Of a DNA stretch of 64,000 nucleotides, positions 56,715 to 64,000 are shown one piece after another. The DNA comes from the human T2T-CHM13v2.0 reference genome, Homo sapiens: the NCBI RefSeq assembly GCF_009914755.1, contig NC_060947.1; one strand, given 5' to 3'. A program made the position numbers and the translations under genes. Under the pieces are notes generated by a model. That model did not search any database and was not told where the DNA came from. It saw only the letters and a list, made by a program, of their open reading frames with translations. How positions within the stretch are numbered: position 1 is the first letter of the stretch; every line of letters begins with the position of its first letter.

Positions 56715-57594
56715 TCATAGAAGAAACAGAGGCAGCGAGGAAGCCTGCCTCACAGGGACAGTGACAGATGTAGGACGGGGTCCGGGTTGTCCACAAAGGA
56801 AGAAGTCAATTCTGCTTAGCGCTGACAGAGCAGGCCTTGCAGGGGACACAGAGCTACAACAAACAGTTCTAAACATAGCTAATCAATCATGACAAACCGT
56901 TCTAACCTTCACTCATCAATCATGAAACAAAGAACAGGAAGCCAGAGGTTTGTGGCCTGGGCAGCTGACTGAAGCAAAAGGGGAAAGGTCTGTGCTTGGC
57001 CTTGTCACCACCAAACAAGAACTCACTTCTACAAGTGCCCCCAATTCCTTGCAAAGACTAATAACCCGCCTGTTTCTGCTCCAGATCCTATCCTGTAACG
57101 CCCACACTTGGTGGCCTTCAATTCAAGCCACTCGCTGCACCCATAAGGCCCAAATCAGCCACAGTGGCACCAGTTTACCCAGCTGTGCAGGAGAGGGGCA
57201 GGAAAGCCAGTGTGCCAGAGGGCGGGGACAGGCAGGTTTCTCCAGCAGGAGGGCTTCTCAGAGCAATCCAGGAGCTGTTAGCCCAATCTGCCCCTCCCTC
57301 GTGATAGCTCCGGTGCTGGGGAACAAAACCACACTGCGGAGTGCTAGGATGATGTTGCTTGGAAGCCCTAACCTGTTCCATAGACCAGTATCTCTTGTAA
57401 TGGTCCCAGTGGCATGGCTTCGAGGATCCCAGCAAAAGATGGGCCCAGTTACATATCACTGAGTGACAATGTGCTCAGAAAACCCCAATCCATGGCTTCC
57501 TACCAGCCAGTCATAGTTTACTCAGTCCTCCAGTCCAGATGCAGTTTGTTTAACCAATCCAGAGTCAATTTTATCTGGAGTAATGTCACCTGGT

Positions 57595-58626
57595 TTGATA
57601 TTGTGAAATATATATTTGGTTTTTGTCCTGTCTCCTGGCAAGAAGCTCCTGCAACCCTTGGAATAGCCTCTGAAGTGATCAAAGTGTCTTTTATATGCTA
57701 ATGAGATGACTGTTAGCTGGCTGCCCCTAGGTAGCTTCTGGATGGAAGCTGGTCACCAGAAAACCAGACAGGATTAGAAGGTTGGGAATTTCATCTCCAT
57801 CCTCAAAACTCCTGGGAGGGGAGAGGAGATGAAGGTTGAGTTGATCACCAAGGGCCAATGATGATCATGCCTCTGTGATGAAGCCTCCGAAAAACCCCAC
57901 TGTGGCTGGGTGTGGTGGCTGGCTCCTGTGATCCCAGCACTAAGGGTGGCTGAGAAGGGAGGATCACTTGAGGCCAGGAGGTTGGGCCTGCAGTGAGCCA
58001 AGACTGCACCACTGTTCTCCAGCCTGGGGGACAGAGCAAGACCTTGTTTCTCAAAAACAACAACAAGGACAACAACCAAAGGGCTGGGTGGGTTCAGACA
58101 GCTTCCACACAGCTGAACACTTGGTGGTTCCCGGATGGTAGTGAGTCCAGAGAGGGCATGAAAGGTCTGTGGACCTTCCCACATCCCTTGCCCTATGCAT
58201 CTCTTCCATCTGGCGGTTCATCTGTATCTTCTGTAATATCCTTTATAACAAATAGGGGAAATTCAGTTTCCGTTAGTTCTGTGACTCACTCTAGCAAATT
58301 AATCAAACACCAGGAGGGAGTCAAGGGAACCCCTGATTTGTGTCCCATCAATCAGATGTATAGATGATACCCTACTCGAGACTGGCATCTCAGGTGGGGG
58401 TAGTCTTGTGGGACTAAGCCTCAACCTGTGGGAGCTGACGCTAACTCCAGGTAGATGGTGTCAGAATGGAATTGACTTAGAGGAGACCCAGCTGGTGTCC
58501 ACTGGAGAATGACTTGGTATTTGGGTAAACAGCCTGGGGCCTGGGATTACATCTCGTGTCAGGAGTGTTGTGTCAAGTGAGAGTAGACAGTAGGAAAAAC
58601 TTGGGTTTCCTTCCTTATCTCTCAGA
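57595..58626 (+). mobile_element. MER21-type LTR with an Alu fragment at ~57904-58080
   Basis: tgatattgtgaaatatatatttgg, atgctaatgagatgact, gctggtcaccagaaaacc, aaggttgagttgatcacc motifs recalled from MER21. Confidence 0.65.
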
Positions 58627-58766
58627 CCCAGTAAAACAGCCATCATTCCACTGTCACGTTTCTAGTCACACACAGCTAAATATGACAATGATGATGAAAG
58701 TTAATAACCACTAACAGATCCTCTGAGTAGAGTGTCAGAGGTTACTTCATAAAAATGATACTGCCT

Positions 58767-59541
<775 letters not shown>

Positions 59542-59543
59542 AA

Positions 59544-60433
59544 TGATACTGCCTTCACAAAAATTGTAAGAGTGAGAAAATTATGACATTGAAAGAGATC
59601 TGATCTAACCAACCCCTATCTTGCCTTTAACCTCCAAATTACCCTTAATCATTCCTCGGCCTGGCCCAAGAAAACTTTGAGAGACATTTGTTTTATAGTT
59701 TAAAAGATAATAGACCACAGGTGTCCAATCTTTTGGCTTTCCTGGGCCATATTGGAAGAATTGTCTTGGGCCACATATAAAATACACCAACACTAAAGAT
59801 AGCCGATGAGCTAAAAAATAAAAATCACAAAAAAAGTCACAATAAGTCTCATAATGTTTTAAGAAAGTTTACAAATTTGTATTGGGCCGCATTCAAAGCC
59901 ATCCTGGGCCGCATGTGGCTCATGGGCTGTGGGTTGGACAAGCTTATAATAGCCTTCTGCAAAACTCAACCACCTTTGTAAAGCTGAGAGGCCACAAGGT
60001 TAGGAGGATATGAGGAGGCTAAAATCTGCTAACATGTAGACATAAAAGATTTCCAGCTATTATTCCGGAGGTCACAAGATTTGGAACTCCCCAATTACTC
60101 CCGCAGATAATATCACCATTATAGAACCTAAGATTGGCCTTTTGAGGCATTTTTTCAAGTTTTTGCATTTCTGACGACCAGTGGCTCCACCAGGACTGGC
60201 CAACCTCCACCAACCGGTCCTATGGCCCCACCCAGAAGCTGAATCCATGGCCTACCAAACTATCCTTGAAAAACCCTACCCTCCAAATTTTCGGAGATTG
60301 ATTTGAGTAATAACTCCATCTCCCATGTGGCATGGCCAGACTTACATCAATTAAACTCTTTATTGCAATGCCGTGGTCTCAGTGAATTGGTTTTGACTGT
60401 GCAGTGGGTGGGAATAACCCACTGGCTGGTTAC
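59544..60433 (+). mobile_element. LTR8-family solo LTR
   Basis: TG...CA; gagaaaattatgacattgaaagagatctgatctaaccaacc and gattgatttgagtaataactccatctccc motifs. Confidence 0.72.
59718..59946. mobile_element. MER30-type hAT DNA transposon nested in the LTR
   Basis: caggtgtccaatcttttggct ... gggttggacaagctt ends resemble recalled MER30. Confidence 0.75.
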
Positions 60434-60447
60434 AGCAAAAATAAATC

Positions 60448-60842
<395 letters not shown>

Positions 60843-60875
60843 CTATGCAGAAAAGATGACATTAGGAAAATCTGG

Positions 60876-61241
60876 TGGATTAGTCCGTTCTCATGCTGTT
60901 GATAAAGACATACCTGAGACTGGCTGATTTATAAAGGAAAGAGGTTTAATTGACTCAGTTCAGCATGGCTGGGGAGGCCTCAGAAAATTTACACTCATGG
61001 CGGAAGGTGAAGGGGAAGCAAGACACCTTCTTTACAAGGTGGCAGGAAGGAGATGTGCAAGCAGGGGAAATGCCAGAAGCTTATAAAACCATCAGCTCTC
61101 ATGAGACTCACTTATTATCATGAGAACAGCATGGGGGAAACCGCCCCCATGACCCATTACCTTCACCTGGTCCCGCCCTTGACACGTGGGGATTACAATT
61201 CAAGATGAGATTTTGGGTGGGGACACAGCCAAACCATATCT
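60876..61241 (-). mobile_element. MST/THE1-type MaLR solo LTR
   Basis: 5-bp TSD tctgg at 60871-60875 and 61242-61246; gggtggggacacagccaaaccatatc end. Confidence 0.85.
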
Positions 61242-61327
61242 TCTGGCTAGGTATTTATGGAGGAAAATAACTCAATAAAACTGAATTACCCATCTCACTC
61301 TGAACCCTCAAATAAATTACACAGGGA

Positions 61328-64000
<2,673 letters not shown>

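Noticed and set aside
56950-57462. 170-aa plus-strand ORF in less repetitive DNA
   Set aside because: TTG start, no recognisable motif, antisense intronic; no support beyond length.

Overview
Repeat-dense primate (most likely human) genomic DNA, not prokaryotic; most short ORFs in the track are Alu/L1/ERV artefacts. The minus strand carries three coding exons of a KRAB-C2H2 zinc-finger gene I recognise as ZNF674 (Xp11.3): KRAB-A 55751-55877, KRAB-B 55303-55413 and the zinc-finger exon 26799-28291; the first coding exon is beyond the right edge. The left edge holds the convergent, degenerate zinc-finger tail of a paralog (probably KRBOX4/ZNF673). Main observations: (1) bases 1-344 are a base-for-base inverted copy of ZNF674 coding sequence 27651-27994, then switch at a shared 12-mer to a diverged, frameshifted copy of later fingers; (2) a TSD-flanked candidate L1 3' transduction at 58754-59554; (3) a perfect 196-bp non-tandem duplication that includes a THE1 insertion junction; (4) a full-length L1 joining a truncated MaLR to a truncated HERV-K env without a TSD; (5) a twin-primed L1 whose inversion creates an ATG-led ORF2 C-terminal frame; (6) a U6/L1 chimera; (7) an in-frame 111-bp repeat in an ERV matrix gene. 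Repeat family names come from recalled consensus sequences, not from a search.
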